Part shown: in pieces, positions 62,352 through 64,000 of the stretch
How positions within the stretch are numbered: the first letter of the stretch is position 1
How the letters are laid out: every line of letters starts with the position of its first letter
From: Octopus vulgaris
Taxonomy: Eukaryota
Assembly: GCA_951406725.2 (NCBI GenBank)
Contig: OX597814.1
Span: forward strand, 49,352,001-49,416,000
DNA length: 64,000 bases
Direction of reading: 5' to 3'
The notes under the pieces: generated by a model
The model's database searches: none
Told to the model about the DNA's origin: nothing
Seen by the model: only the letters and a program-made list of their open reading frames with translations
Translations under genes and position numbers: made by a program

Positions 62352-64000
62352 CTAATTCTCAAATATATATCACAACGACCAACAAACTAAACACACCTTA
62401 TAAAAAGACAAGCTAATGACAAAGAGTCTGTTACTGACAGATGAGAGAACCGAATGCAGTCATGTGTCACATCAGGTACTATCTCCTATCAGCTAAGATA
62501 GATGATCAAACCAACCGAATATAAAGAATCTGCAACATTAAGTGAGCTAACTTCTACTAGTATGCTACAAGCTACTGACAATCATTCTTTAATGTCCCCC
62601 CTCTCTAAGTCATCCACATAAGCTATCAGTGTAAATGACTAAAACAAACAGCACTTTCTAATGTTATTGTTTTGTTTTTTTTTAACCATTGCATTCTTTT
62701 TAAACTTTTAACAGTAAAACGGATAAGGAATTGAAAAGGGACGACTCCTCTTCTCATACATCCTTCATCCCATTTTTGAGAGAAAAGGGATAGTGACCAG
62801 CACACTTATCTTATTGTTAAAAGTTAGGAGGACAAATTACATCAATAATAATTTTAAACAAATGAAGAATATTTTCGGATAATGCTCGACAAGCCATTTA
62901 CAGCAAATCACTGAAATAAACAATTACAGAAGATATTCAGAAATGACAAATAAAATTCGAAATTCTTTCGGTTTACGATCACAAATTGAAAGTAATTCGG
63001 ACACTTTTTCGATTATTTCTGTGAACCTAATATATTTTCTCTATTTTACCCTACGAATTAAATTTCATATATCATACTATATCATAAATATTCGGATATT
63101 CATTTTCATCTGATAAGTCGTCTTTCATATGCAATCAGACTTCTTATTATAAATCATTCGCACATTGCGACAGTTAAATCAAGTTACGTTCATAATTCTC
63201 ATATCATTCTTTTCTATTCTAAGCACAAGGCTCGAAATTTTGGGGGAGGGGGCCAGTCGATTAGATCGGCCCCAGTACGCAATTGGTAATTAATTTATCG
63301 ACCCCGAAAGGATGAAAGGCGAAGTTGACCTCGGCGACGTTAAAAGTCGGCTGCTTACGAAATTTTTCAGTTTCAATTGCTTCCAGACTGAAACAATATT
63401 CAAAATTAATTAAATGCTTTTCAGATATACAATTCATCCACTTCAGTTTTTCTTGGTACGAGATCAAAAGCACTCAATACCTTAACTGTGTGTATAATGG
63501 TTAATAGAGGAAAAGAATTTTCGCTGGCCATCAAACACAAGGAAAGTAACTGTTAACTGACGAAGTGAGAGTGGAGTTATTAAACTGACCAGGAAGCTAT
63601 CTTTGTTCAATGTATCCTTTCTTTTTAAAGACAGTGGGGTGTGATTTGAGTGACATTTCTTTGTTTATTAGTAGGAGGTCAAGTGATCACATATACTCTG
63701 TCGTTATTGTGGGCTTAAAGAAAAATTATAGGATCTTTTCAGGAAAAGATCCAAATTATAAAATGTAAAATGGGTAGTTTTGTTACGAAAAACTGAAATT
63801 AAGTTGCGAATCTGGATTAGCAATCAACTCTGATCGTTGGCCTGTTTGTTCAGAAGTCACCGACCAGAGATTGAACAGCGGTAAGAAAGGCGACATCTTA
63901 TGACCGAAAGTAGGACGAGGTGGACAGAGTTGGAAGGTTTTTAATAAGATCAGTCTAGACATGTATTACAGTATCCAGGAACTTTATAGCACTCTCTATC

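Overview
AT-rich, repeat-dense animal genomic DNA. The SINE, RTE and Penelope repertoire and the style of zinc-finger gene suggest a coleoid cephalopod such as Octopus, which is an inference. Two host genes are supported. The first is an 11-exon + strand PP2C-family phosphatase clearly of the PPM1H/PPM1J type (CDS 9520-45211, 1527 nt, 508 aa, all GT-AG introns with consistent phases, intron 1 about 17.9 kb). The second is a C2H2 zinc-finger gene with a single coding exon (57160-58071). A diverged copy of the ZNF upstream region recurs at the window end, hinting at a tandem ZNF cluster. Introns and intergenic DNA hold RTE and other LINE fragments, Gypsy remnants, a Helitron-type PIF1 helicase remnant, piggyBac-type (TTAA) and Tc1/mariner-type (TA) MITEs, several tRNA-derived SINE families and microsatellites. 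The most notable items are two minimal hammerhead-ribozyme-like motifs (31119-31156 minus, 61120-61164 plus), a young Penelope-like GIY-YIG insertion with ~820-bp inverted arms nested in the (TA)n of a SINE, and divergence of PPM1H at a residue implicated in Rab recognition.
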